From a virus (Duplodnaviria; Caudoviricetes): a DNA stretch of 54,333 bases. The DNA lies in the IMG/VR virus record IMGVR_UViG_3300020045_001996, positions 1-54,333 of that record; one strand, given 5' to 3'. The translations under genes were made by a program, and so were the position numbers. Below the pieces are notes generated by a model. It had not been told where the DNA came from, made no database searches, and worked only from the letters and a program-made list of their open reading frames with translations. Shown one piece after another: positions 46,116-54,333 of this stretch; position 1 is the first letter of the stretch; the number at the start of each line of letters is the position of its first letter.

Positions 46116-46256
46116 ATGACTTTCGGAACACCATTCAAAAAGAGAAAACCCCCTGTTGAACCAATACTACCAAAACGCCAATACGTTGTTGTTGAGTGTG
46201 ACTGACCGGAATACGAAAAAGTATTCAAAATGATTGAAGAAAGGGTTACTAAATGA
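46116..46256 (+). pseudogene. small gene with an in-frame TGA
   Basis: ...YVVVECD*PEYEKVFKMIEERVTK; TGA at 46203-46205; the frame continues to a stop overlapping the next ATG. Confidence 0.5.
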
Positions 46257-47050
46257 CTACAAACACCAAAGACATTACAGAACTTGTTGACCAGCACTGT
46301 TCAAGCATTCATTTCACAGAACTTGATAGACTCCTCAAAAAATTAGATTATGAAGATTTGGATGTACTTCATGCTTTGCTTGAAGAGTTGACTGAAAAGA
46401 TTGCCAACTTGGAAGATGATCCGAACTATACACATGGGTGGGATGATGGATACGAGTATGGCTATGAAGCTGGCAAAGATGAAGGATATGAACGCTATGA
46501 TGAAGGTTACTCAGATGTGAGGCGGCAGCAGGAGGTAAAGATTAATTCTAAAATATTTTGTAGCTTTTTCATTTTGATTCTCGGAATCTTTACACCTTCT
46601 TTTATCTCTACTTCATCTGGAGATATAGGAGGTGTTTTTGTTTCAGAGCAACAAGAAGAAATCACTTGTTTAACAAACACTCTTTTTGCAGAAGCGAGGT
46701 CTGAACCAGAAGCAGGCATTCGAGCAGTGATGTCAGTTATTTACAACAGGAAGTTGCACAAAGACTACCCTTCGTCATTCTGTGGAGTTATACTACAACC
46801 GAAGCAGTTCAGTGCTTTCAATAATTCTAAAGAGTTGGCTAAGAAGCGATTAAAGCCTCTAGGAGCTAAAGATAAGCAAGCGCATAACTTGGTGTCGTAC
46901 GTTGCTCATCAAGCGGTTGTAGGGTCGTTTAGACCTGTTCTAGATAGGGATGTGTTGTTTTATGCACAAACTGGTGTTAGAAATAAATGGACAAAGAAGT
47001 TCACTTGTGTTAAAGTTATTCATCGTCATTCGTTTTATAAGGAGATTTAA
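46253..47050 (+). CDS. SleB-like cell wall hydrolase (Hydrolase_2) with N-terminal extension
   Basis: CL.NTLFAEARSE...G..AV..VI.NR....YP.S.CGVI.QPKQFS...H.FY. Confidence 0.82.
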   Translation: MTTNTKDITELVDQHCSSIHFTELDRLLKKLDYEDLDVLHALLEELTEKIANLEDDPNYTHGWDDGYEYGYEAGKDEGYERYDEGYSDVRRQQEVKINSKIFCSFFILILGIFTPSFISTSSGDIGGVFVSEQQEEITCLTNTLFAEARSEPEAGIRAVMSVIYNRKLHKDYPSSFCGVILQPKQFSAFNNSKELAKKRLKPLGAKDKQAHNLVSYVAHQAVVGSFRPVLDRDVLFYAQTGVRNKWTKKFTCVKVIHRHSFYKEI

Positions 47051-47051
47051 A

Positions 47052-47690
47052 ATGTCATTCAAAGTTGGAGATAAAGTCAAGTGCATTGATAATGAATGGG
47101 TAGATAGTTATTTTACTATTGGTGAATCGTATGTTATTTCGAACGTAACCTTTGATGATCATGTTACTTTTGCACATACAGGTTATACAGGTTGGAAACC
47201 ATCTCGTTTTGAACTTATTGAAAAGGAGAGTACCGTGAAAGAAATCAAACAACCGAGTCAAAACCTCGGTGAGAAACAATTCAACCCCCAGCCAGGGGAT
47301 AAGATCATCTGTGTAAATGGTGAAGAGTTTACTTGCTGTACAAAGGAGTATTTGCAAGAGACAATCTCACGGCATATTAACAGCAATGCCCCGATTCTTG
47401 GTTTTCACTCAGATGATGGCTGGAATACATGGCTGTCTGATGGGACATGTGGTGACAAGTACACTGAGTGGGCTATCCGAGAAGTAATTCCAAAAGAACA
47501 AGAGGAAACCAAGCCTGAAGTCAAAGTGGAACAATTTACCTACACAGCCGAAGATATCCTAGTAGTTTTTAAGAACTGGAATTGGTCAAATGAAACTGCA
47601 CAACTTTTCATAGAAGATTTGAATAAAGTAACTTCTCCTGAGTACAAGGAGTATCTTCGGTTGAAGGTTATGTTTGAAAATGAGCAGTAA
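47052..47690 (+). CDS. modular hypothetical protein
   Basis: AAGGAG before ATG 47052; FKVGDKVKCIDN; C-terminal PEYKEYLRLK.MFE. Confidence 0.65.
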   Translation: MSFKVGDKVKCIDNEWVDSYFTIGESYVISNVTFDDHVTFAHTGYTGWKPSRFELIEKESTVKEIKQPSQNLGEKQFNPQPGDKIICVNGEEFTCCTKEYLQETISRHINSNAPILGFHSDDGWNTWLSDGTCGDKYTEWAIREVIPKEQEETKPEVKVEQFTYTAEDILVVFKNWNWSNETAQLFIEDLNKVTSPEYKEYLRLKVMFENEQ

Positions 47691-47733
47691 AACTGCGAAT
47701 GCTAAGAATCTGATGAGGAATAAGGATTAGCCC

Positions 47734-47940
47734 ATGAAGTACACACCAAGATTTGAAGTTATGTACAATACCAACAACGGTAATCCACCATCATGCTTTC
47801 CAATTGGTTATGATAGAAGTGAACTAATAGAAATTTCTTCTATGTTGGACTCATGGGCAAAGTACATTAACTCCAGTACAGGTGAAGTAGTTGATTGTGC
47901 TTTGTTTGCTGAACGTATGATTGATGTTGATAGGGAGTGA
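47734..47940 (+). CDS. hypothetical protein
   Basis: AAGGA RBS. Confidence 0.5.
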   Translation: MKYTPRFEVMYNTNNGNPPSCFPIGYDRSELIEISSMLDSWAKYINSSTGEVVDCALFAERMIDVDRE

Positions 47941-48115
47941 ATATGAAAGTATACAACCAAGAGTACATCCTTGACCTAATTGAACAAATCGCACAAGAGT
48001 TTGATTCAGAGTGGAACGGAGATTCTGATACGTATGAGGAATCTTTGGTTTATAATGAAGTAACAGAAATTATTCGATCTTATAAGGCTGATTATAAATG
48101 AGGAAGGAGTAAATT

Positions 48116-48337
48116 ATGGAGAATATTGATTCTAATGGGTGGCAACCTATTGAGACTGCGCCGAAAGATGGTACAGAAATACTGTTGTACGCATCGGCAT
48201 GGGGTCTTAGCGATATAGGTCTTTGCTACTGGCGTGATGATAGGGTTATGACTGGGTGGACATGGGGTTGTGAGCAGCCGTTCAAATTCCCCACCCACTG
48301 GATGCCAATTCCAGAAGCACCAAAGGTACTGCAATGA
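48116..48337 (+). CDS. DUF551-like protein
   Basis: WQPIETAPKDGT...PTHWMP.P..P. Confidence 0.8.
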   Translation: MENIDSNGWQPIETAPKDGTEILLYASAWGLSDIGLCYWRDDRVMTGWTWGCEQPFKFPTHWMPIPEAPKVLQ

Positions 48338-48531
48338 ATAGACAAGAGGTAGTTACCCTAGCAGAATCCTTCGGGCTTCTCTACCCAGAACCTATGGACT
48401 ATAATCACCCCCAACACATGAGGTTGATTTCTAAGCTAGAAAAGTTTGCTCAGGAGTACTACAATCAAGGCTTTGCTTCTGGATGGGATGAAGCTAAGGG
48501 TGTCTATGAAGAAAAGTCAAATTTCTTGTAA
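48334..48531 (+). CDS. hypothetical protein
   Basis: ATGA overlap. Confidence 0.55.
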   Translation: MNRQEVVTLAESFGLLYPEPMDYNHPQHMRLISKLEKFAQEYYNQGFASGWDEAKGVYEEKSNFL

Positions 48532-48602
48532 GAAAAGCTAGAAGTATCTCAGATTTTAAAAGAGAGTAGCTTTGCTACGAACGCTAAAGTAAAGGAACAA
48601 TC

Positions 48603-48983
48603 ATGACAATTTTTCGTAATGATGATCTCTCGGATTATGACAAGTACGACTATTCAGACCTTGATGAGTACTACTACACCAAAGAAGGTGGAAAGGTATC
48701 ATACCGGAATGAATTTAAAAAGTGGTACTTCATTTATAAGGATGGACAGGGTTGTGTACAACCGTTAGTAAACTATATTGAATGCGTTTACAAGATCACT
48801 CACGGTACATTCAGTCCTACAGAGGACTCAGACTGGGATTTCCTTGGGTACACTGATCTTGTGTCTTGGTATGTACTTACGGTAGAAAATAGTATTGGAG
48901 ATGAGGTGAAGCCAGGAGATGTGTTGACACTAGATCAGCTTTTGGAGTACACTACAGCTCTTTCAAACTTTGTAGGAGATTAA
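48603..48983 (+). CDS. hypothetical protein
   Basis: AAGGA RBS; DSDWDF.GY. Confidence 0.6.
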   Translation: MTIFRNDDLSDYDKYDYSDLDEYYYTKEGGKVSYRNEFKKWYFIYKDGQGCVQPLVNYIECVYKITHGTFSPTEDSDWDFLGYTDLVSWYVLTVENSIGDEVKPGDVLTLDQLLEYTTALSNFVGD

Positions 48984-48986
48984 ATC

Positions 48987-49298
48987 ATGGCTAACTGGCA
49001 GTGTAAGGTAGACTTCAGCAAGTACACCGAGCAATACAATCAGGGTGAATTGTCCGTGCAAGAATTTGCAAAAATCGTAGCTGAAAAGCTAAAAGGTCTT
49101 GAGAAATTCAAAAACCCCGATATCAACTCTCAGCTTGAAGGTATCATCTGCGGTTTTTATATTCTTTCAGTTGAAGATGAGGACGAGTACAGTGAAGAAG
49201 ATTTTGACTACTTGTTGGAAGAGTTATACAACTGGGGAGATATCTCTTTGGATAATAAGTTTGGTGGTAAGAAAGTCTGCTGGATTCAGATGCGGTAA
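48987..49298 (+). CDS. hypothetical protein
   Basis: AGGAG RBS; FD..LEELY.WGD...CWI. Confidence 0.65.
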   Translation: MANWQCKVDFSKYTEQYNQGELSVQEFAKIVAEKLKGLEKFKNPDINSQLEGIICGFYILSVEDEDEYSEEDFDYLLEELYNWGDISLDNKFGGKKVCWIQMR

Positions 49299-49744
49299 TG
49301 AAGAAATTTGTTCTGAATAAAAAGATAAGGAGGGAATATGCTAGACCTAGAAGGAACTCGTGATCTGCTATAGCTAGGAATTATGGCATTTTCTTCTTCA
49401 AAAACCCCTACAATATAGCTGATCCTAAAAACCCCTATACCCTACTAGGAATAAAATGGTATACAAGCCCGGTTTTGGCTGAATTTTGCCAGATTTTGAC
49501 AAATTTTATCAATTTTCAGTAAATCACCATGGTTTACCCCTGGTTTGCACTGGCTAACCCACAGCAAACCCACCCTGACGCACTAGGATGGCCCAGGATG
49601 CACGAACAGGGCTGGGGTAATGCATAGGTAGCATGGACAGTCAATCGTTGATTCTAGGGCGCCTGATGGCCTTCGGACAGCGGGGCTGTCCTCAGCGTTT
49701 AAACGCGCCTAATGTAAAGTTTGAATTATTTTCAGGTTCAGGGG

Positions 49745-49771
49745 TTGACAAGGTGAAAGCTATGCTAGAAT
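49745..49771 (+). promoter_or_regulatory. early-type promoter
   Basis: TTGACA and extended -10 TGCTAGAAT (15-nt spacer). Confidence 0.6.
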
Positions 49772-49797
49772 TCAGGCTTCAACTACTGGAGATCATC

Positions 49798-50052
49798 ATG
49801 GCAAAACTCACTGCAGCGCAAAACCGTCAAATCGAAACGGTTTTGTATCATCTGAATCGTGCAAGGGACTATGTGAACAATGATCAAACGATTGTGGCAC
49901 GTCGCAAAAGCCAGCGCACTACAACACTTGATTTTGAAGTGCCCGGAAAAGGCCCAGCGTTTGAGATTGCCAAAGACATTGGCAGCGATCTAGTTGGCTT
50001 GGAAATGGCCATTGGATACCTGCAAAACTTTGTAACAATGAATTCAAAGTGA
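49798..50052 (+). CDS. hypothetical early protein
   Basis: GGAG RBS before ATG 49798. Confidence 0.65.
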   Translation: MAKLTAAQNRQIETVLYHLNRARDYVNNDQTIVARRKSQRTTTLDFEVPGKGPAFEIAKDIGSDLVGLEMAIGYLQNFVTMNSK

Positions 50053-50282
50053 GCGTAAACCCCTAGACTATGATACACTTCAAATGTGTTATAGTCTAGG
50101 CTTCAATCAACTAACAGGACAAGCATCATGTTAAACATCATCTGGAAAACTGCTAAAATCAATGGCCGGAACCTTAAATATTGGTCAGACGATGCAGGCT
50201 TGTCGTGGTATTGGATAGGTGCACGCAAGCCCTAAAGGTATGCTAGAATTCTCTGCATCATCAATCAACCGGAGTAAACACC

Positions 50283-50708
50283 ATGGCAACATCTAAGCAA
50301 ATCGACACCATCACAAAGCATTACCTTATTGCTTTACTTTTTACAATGCCGGGTGATGATAACAATGAAAACCCAGGTGATGACATTGATCTGACGGAAT
50401 TGCCTGCAGAGACAATCGAGGATGCAAAAGCGGATGTCACATCGTTTGTTGATCTTTGTGGTGCATTGTTTGATCAAGCTATAGAATGCTTCGATGATGG
50501 ATATGGTCAGCACCCTAATGCTGGTAGCGCTGAAGCTGCATTCGGGCATGATTTTGCATTGACACGTAATCATCACGGCGTTGGCTTTTGGGATAGATCA
50601 AGAGAGGGTTTGCCCCAGTTCCTAGGTGATGCACTGACACGTGTTTGTCAAAAGAACTTCAGTGAAGCTGATTTGTACATTGGGGATGCTGGAAAGGCGT
50701 ATTTCTAA
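50283..50708 (+). CDS. hypothetical early protein
   Basis: GGAG RBS; GHDFALTRNHHGVGFWDR motif. Confidence 0.75.
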   Translation: MATSKQIDTITKHYLIALLFTMPGDDNNENPGDDIDLTELPAETIEDAKADVTSFVDLCGALFDQAIECFDDGYGQHPNAGSAEAAFGHDFALTRNHHGVGFWDRSREGLPQFLGDALTRVCQKNFSEADLYIGDAGKAYF

Positions 50709-50773
50709 GGGTAAACACCTTAGTCGCCACCCCTTCTAGGGGTTTCTCCCTAGAAAATAATCCATTTCATGCA

Positions 50774-50801
50774 TTGACAAGCCCTTCAATCAGCCTATAA
50801 T
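50774..50801 (+). promoter_or_regulatory. sigma70-type promoter
   Basis: TTGACA-16 nt-TATAAT. Confidence 0.8.
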
Positions 50802-50919
50802 TCAATTCATCGCAACACACTGGAGATTTTTATTATGATCCTGACAATCGCCACCCTTCTTGCTATCGTTTTTGTTATTTCATTTATTGTTTTTCTCGGA
50901 ACTATTTAAAGGTGCAATC

Positions 50920-51069
50920 ATGAGCGAAACTACAATCTTAGCCATCAAAGCCGCAAAAGGGTGGAAAGCATGGGGGCGTTTTGCTGCAGAACGATTTGCA
51001 GTTAAGCATGGGGTTGATTTACGCTTGGTTAGACTGGCTAGGCAACTTGAAGCTGTTAAGGGGGTTTGA
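50920..51069 (+). CDS. small hypothetical protein
   Basis: WGRFAAERF....GV..RL.RLARQLE. Confidence 0.6.
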   Translation: MSETTILAIKAAKGWKAWGRFAAERFAVKHGVDLRLVRLARQLEAVKGV

Positions 51070-51070
51070 T

Positions 51071-51205
51071 ATGCATTACCATATTTATTGGGGTGAAAGC
51101 CTAATTGCAAGCTTTGCTATTCGTGCACATCGCGATCAAATATTGCAATATTGGCACGAACGATTTTCTTATGCTATGGATGAAATTACAGCAAAGGAGG
51201 ATTAA
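51071..51205 (+). CDS. small hypothetical protein
   Basis: GGGG RBS, packed. Confidence 0.45.
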   Translation: MHYHIYWGESLIASFAIRAHRDQILQYWHERFSYAMDEITAKED

Positions 51206-51207
51206 TA

Positions 51208-51402
51208 ATGCTATACACTGCACATTGTCAAAATTCAAGGGGCGAGACACAATCAGTTGTTCGCTGCGCATCATTACACCAGCTTAAAGAATGGTGCCTG
51301 TTTAATGGGCATGTAATCGTAAAGGGTTACAGTGCACAAAAGGCTATTCGTTCTGGGGTTTGCGTTAGACTGCTGGACTCGGCGGGTAAGGTTCGTTTTT
51401 AA
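51208..51402 (+). CDS. hypothetical protein
   Basis: AAGGAGG RBS. Confidence 0.55.
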   Translation: MLYTAHCQNSRGETQSVVRCASLHQLKEWCLFNGHVIVKGYSAQKAIRSGVCVRLLDSAGKVRF

Positions 51403-51596
51403 CTTAAACAAAGGGTAACATCATGCAAGTGAAATTCGGAGAATTTAACACTATGGAAAACACAAAACGGAACAATCAGGGTAAACCCTCAAGGGATTGG
51501 AAAGCTCAGCGGGAAAATAAACGTAATCAGGGTTAAACAAGACGGTAAAAGTAGCATAGAATCAAGACATCAAATCAACCAAAGGAGTAATCTATC

Positions 51597-51884
51597 ATGA
51601 CATCTCAACTTTATAGGTCATTCAAGGGTACAGCACGGGAATTCATCGAAGCAGGTGTAACAGTCAATCAAAAAGAGATCAATCAACCCGGATTGTCTTT
51701 GATGGCTCAGTATGGGGTAGCGAAGATTGTAGGTGAAGTGCCACGTCCTGAGGGGAAACGGGGGCATCCTGAAAAGATTTATCAACTTATTGGCAAGTCA
51801 GGTTTGCGGGTGGAATGGAAATCAATTCAAAAGGAGCTGACGCTAGGTGAACAGGTCAAACAGGAACAAATGGCAATTGCTTGA
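51597..51884 (+). CDS. hypothetical protein (possible winged-helix-like)
   Basis: AAGGAG RBS; GKRGHPEKIYQL resembles the wHTH wing motif GRP.K.Y. Confidence 0.6.
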   Translation: MTSQLYRSFKGTAREFIEAGVTVNQKEINQPGLSLMAQYGVAKIVGEVPRPEGKRGHPEKIYQLIGKSGLRVEWKSIQKELTLGEQVKQEQMAIA

Positions 51885-51971
51885 AATGTTTTTCCATTGG
51901 GTTCTATTATTGTGATAGAATCCCTTGGAAAGCAAATCTTTTCAACTTATCAACCCACTGGAGTAATCACC

Positions 51972-52421
51972 ATGAAATATATGCAAACACCTGAAGGCCG
52001 GATTTTTACTACTGAATTCCCAGAATACAGCAAAGACTGCAAGGTTCTGACCATCAAAGTGGGTAAGCCTGCACTTCGTGAACAATGCAAAAATGATCTG
52101 CTTGAATTCATCAAGCCCGGTCAAACGGTTTATTGTACTTTGCGCAGTGTTTCCAAATCAGGCATGAAACGTGTCATTAGCTTACATGTTATTGACAATG
52201 GCGAGATGTGCAGTATTGACTATTTGGCTTCGATTGTCACTGACCGCAAACTTGAACAATCCGGCATTGTTGCCAATGGGTGTGGAATGGATATGGGCTT
52301 TGATTTGGTTTATAGCTTAGGCTATCACTTATGGCCTAATGGGACGCCAGAGCCGCACGGTACACGTAATGGTGTTCCTGATTCTGATGGCGGGTATGCG
52401 CTCAAGCATCGTTGGGTTTGA
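51972..52421 (+). CDS. hypothetical early protein
   Basis: GGAG RBS; LRSVSKSGM.R.I...GCGMDMGF.LVY.L motif. Confidence 0.75.
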   Translation: MKYMQTPEGRIFTTEFPEYSKDCKVLTIKVGKPALREQCKNDLLEFIKPGQTVYCTLRSVSKSGMKRVISLHVIDNGEMCSIDYLASIVTDRKLEQSGIVANGCGMDMGFDLVYSLGYHLWPNGTPEPHGTRNGVPDSDGGYALKHRWV

Positions 52422-52445
52422 TTTAATGTTTAATTATTGGAGTAA

Positions 52446-52748
52446 ATGAAAATGAAACAACGCATCAAAAACACTGTCATGGTTGATGGAAAACGCAAAG
52501 TATGCCGGATTTATGACAATGAAGGGGGAACAGTAGACCGTTATACAATAGCCTTCAAGGGATACCACATTCCGGGTTATGGAATGATCTACCCGTATTT
52601 GGCCAGTGATGAAAATCCATTTCATCCACAAGGGTTTGGTCAACACTGCGAAAGCAGGCAGTTTTTAAGCGGGAGGCATCTAGGTAAACGGGTACGCTTC
52701 GAAGATGTTCCGGGTGATGTGCAAGTATTTATCTTGAAGAGTATTTGA
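52446..52748 (+). CDS. hypothetical early protein
   Basis: YDNEG.T.DRYT...PFHPQGFGQH...HLGKR..F..P. Confidence 0.7.
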   Translation: MKMKQRIKNTVMVDGKRKVCRIYDNEGGTVDRYTIAFKGYHIPGYGMIYPYLASDENPFHPQGFGQHCESRQFLSGRHLGKRVRFEDVPGDVQVFILKSI

Positions 52749-53230
52749 GGTGTTGACATGATTGACCAACTGCGAAAACGCCTGTTCGTTTCCTTGATTG
52801 TTTTTGGGTGTGTAGGGTATGCTATATTGCTTGCATGTACGCCTATTGGTGTTATTGTGTGGTTTTTAACTAAGGGGAGTTGAGATGGAATACACTATAA
52901 TTGAAAGGTTTGGACAGAATGAAAGTCTGGCTAACTCTGCACTGTGCTACTACAAAGGAGCTTACCCATTGGGTGCATATGGCGTGCGGAGGGTACAAGG
53001 TGCGTATGTGCAAGAATTTGCAGTTGTTCAATATCTTTGATTAAAGGGGTTTACCATGCTTTTGATCAATAAAACATGCGAGATTATCACCGAAGAATAC
53101 GAGAACTATTCCCTGCATTACAGTCAAGACAATCCTAGTCGTAATCTTAAGCATTGGATCAGTGCAATTAAGGCCGCAGGGTTTAAGATCAAGGATTAGG
53201 GTTTTTACTTAGTGGATTGTTCAGGCAGTC

Positions 53231-53239
53231 TGCTAGAAT
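53231..53239 (+). promoter_or_regulatory. extended -10 promoter
   Basis: TGCTAGAAT, identical to those at 49763 and 50241. Confidence 0.55.
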
Positions 53240-53268
53240 GAAGGTCTTATTTAACAGGAGAATGCAGC

Positions 53269-53484
53269 ATGCACACAAAGCACTTTTATTTCATGAAGGG
53301 ATGGGCTTATGCTCGGACTCATACAATCTGTGCATGGGGTTCGTGTGACTCGTGGCAAAGGAAAATGTTTAAGATGGGTTATCAGTCTAGCATGTTGTAC
53401 TTAGAAGGGGAGGTACTTCTAGAAGGTTTTGATACTGCGGAAGAGTACAAACGGCACTTGATTAAACAGACTATTAAAGATTGA
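53269..53484 (+). CDS. hypothetical protein
   Basis: CAGGAG RBS. Confidence 0.55.
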   Translation: MHTKHFYFMKGWAYARTHTICAWGSCDSWQRKMFKMGYQSSMLYLEGEVLLEGFDTAEEYKRHLIKQTIKD

Positions 53485-53594
53485 TCTAAGGGTTTACACC
53501 TAGAAAATAAATGCACTTTAGGCATAAATACAACACACTGACTGCTTGGCATGTGTATGATAAAACCCATGGAAACACATTGGAGATTTTTATC

Positions 53595-53750
53595 ATGACA
53601 AACGTCTACATGCGCAAAGACATGCCGGAGCAGTTGGATGCTGCAATAAAGCGTTGTCAAATTAATGAACCTGTTCATCCAACGGCATCATCTATTGTTA
53701 ATAGTGTAACAGGCGAGATTGCATCGTATAGCGCACCTAACTACAATTGA
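53595..53750 (+). CDS. small hypothetical protein
   Basis: GGAG RBS before ATG 53595. Confidence 0.5.
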   Translation: MTNVYMRKDMPEQLDAAIKRCQINEPVHPTASSIVNSVTGEIASYSAPNYN

Positions 53751-53961
53751 AGGTATTATCATAAACAAAGGAACATCATGTATAGTAAATTCGAGTCAAG
53801 CCATGCTTACGCTAGACGTAATGGATACATTGGCACATATGAGGAGTACATCCTCCAGCGATATCAGAGCTATTGCAAAGGGTTGAAACGATGTGGTATT
53901 AAGCCTATGTCAAGGGGACAATGGTTTGACCTGGCGAGTGGCAAGTAGGAACCATTATATT

Positions 53962-53991
53962 AACCCATGCTAACACCATGGGTTTTCTTTT
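53962..53991 (+). terminator. intrinsic terminator ending the early gene run
   Basis: AACCCATG-CTAACAC-CATGGGTT then TTCTTTT. Confidence 0.8.
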
Positions 53992-54333
53992 ATGTTGATC
54001 ATAGTCTTTTACTATGAGGTATCGTTGATCATTAGGTTGTATAACTAACCGATGTGTACAACCCTGAAGTAACTATAGATGTCGGAAAGTTTAACAGTGT
54101 GTAACCCTATAGCTACTTTAGGTTATGCTAATGACCAGCGAGTCATTAGTAAAGGTTTAACAATGCCAAAAGGTATGTGTATTGTTACCCTCAAATTATC
54201 CCCATTTTCCCATCATCCTATAATACCCTCCGATTATCCTATGCCATGATGCACTGGAGATGATCTGGAGGGTTATCTGTCTGTGTGAATGTAGTAGATA
54301 CAAGGGCTATTATGTTAATAGACCATCAAAAGA

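Larger units (their letters stand above)
50705..53503. repeat. dispersed imperfect palindrome family, approximately TAGGGT-W2-3-NCCCTAG
   Basis: Copies at 50705-50723, 50736-50753, 51478-51489, 53197-53212 and 53486-53503; related copy at 50051-50066. Confidence 0.65.

Noticed and set aside
44757-46205. TGA stop-codon reassignment in this phage
   Set aside because: Many genes end in TGA with normal ATGA overlaps (e.g. TMP, endolysin), the long core genes have no internal TGA, and Trp is read from TGG; only two accessory genes are affected.
49633-49797. Long N-terminal extension of the 49633-50052 ORF
   Set aside because: It spans a hairpin and a promoter; the RBS supports a start at 49798.
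49400-54333. CRISPR or other regularly spaced repeat-spacer array
   Set aside because: Repeats are short, degenerate and irregularly spaced, with genes between them.

Overview
This window is about 54 kb of a dsDNA tailed phage genome with no integrase or repressor seen. It is probably a lytic siphovirus of a Gram-negative host, since it carries Rz/Rz1 spanins. From left to right: (1) 173-10825 (+) holds a free-standing GIY-YIG/HNH nuclease, the tape measure protein, a short tail-tip/fibre module and a lysis cassette (SAR-type endolysin, Rz with embedded Rz1). (2) 10896-40634 (-) is a long replication and nucleotide-metabolism arm: T7-type primase-helicase, family A DNA polymerase, SSB-like protein, exonuclease, endonuclease VII, ThyX, class II ribonucleotide reductase NrdJ, thioredoxin, dCMP deaminase, MazG-like and DUF5664-like hydrolases, HU, two tRNAs plus a tRNA-like RNA, and two further homing endonucleases. 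(3) Divergent sigma70 promoters sit at about 40.7 kb. (4) 41069-54333 (+) holds many small genes and ends in an early-type region of repeated promoter cassettes. Best-supported unusual feature: a 231-nt ORF-less group I intron splitting the catalytic Cys codon of nrdJ. Most novel-looking candidates: a promoter-driven, highly structured non-coding RNA of about 265 nt directly upstream of an HNH nuclease (40772-41683); a 5' leader whose loop matches two repeats over the RBS and start codon of the dual-nuclease gene; a CCA-ended tRNA-like RNA lacking anticodon and T arms; and several dispersed repeat families. All calls come from reading motifs by eye; no database search or folding program was run.
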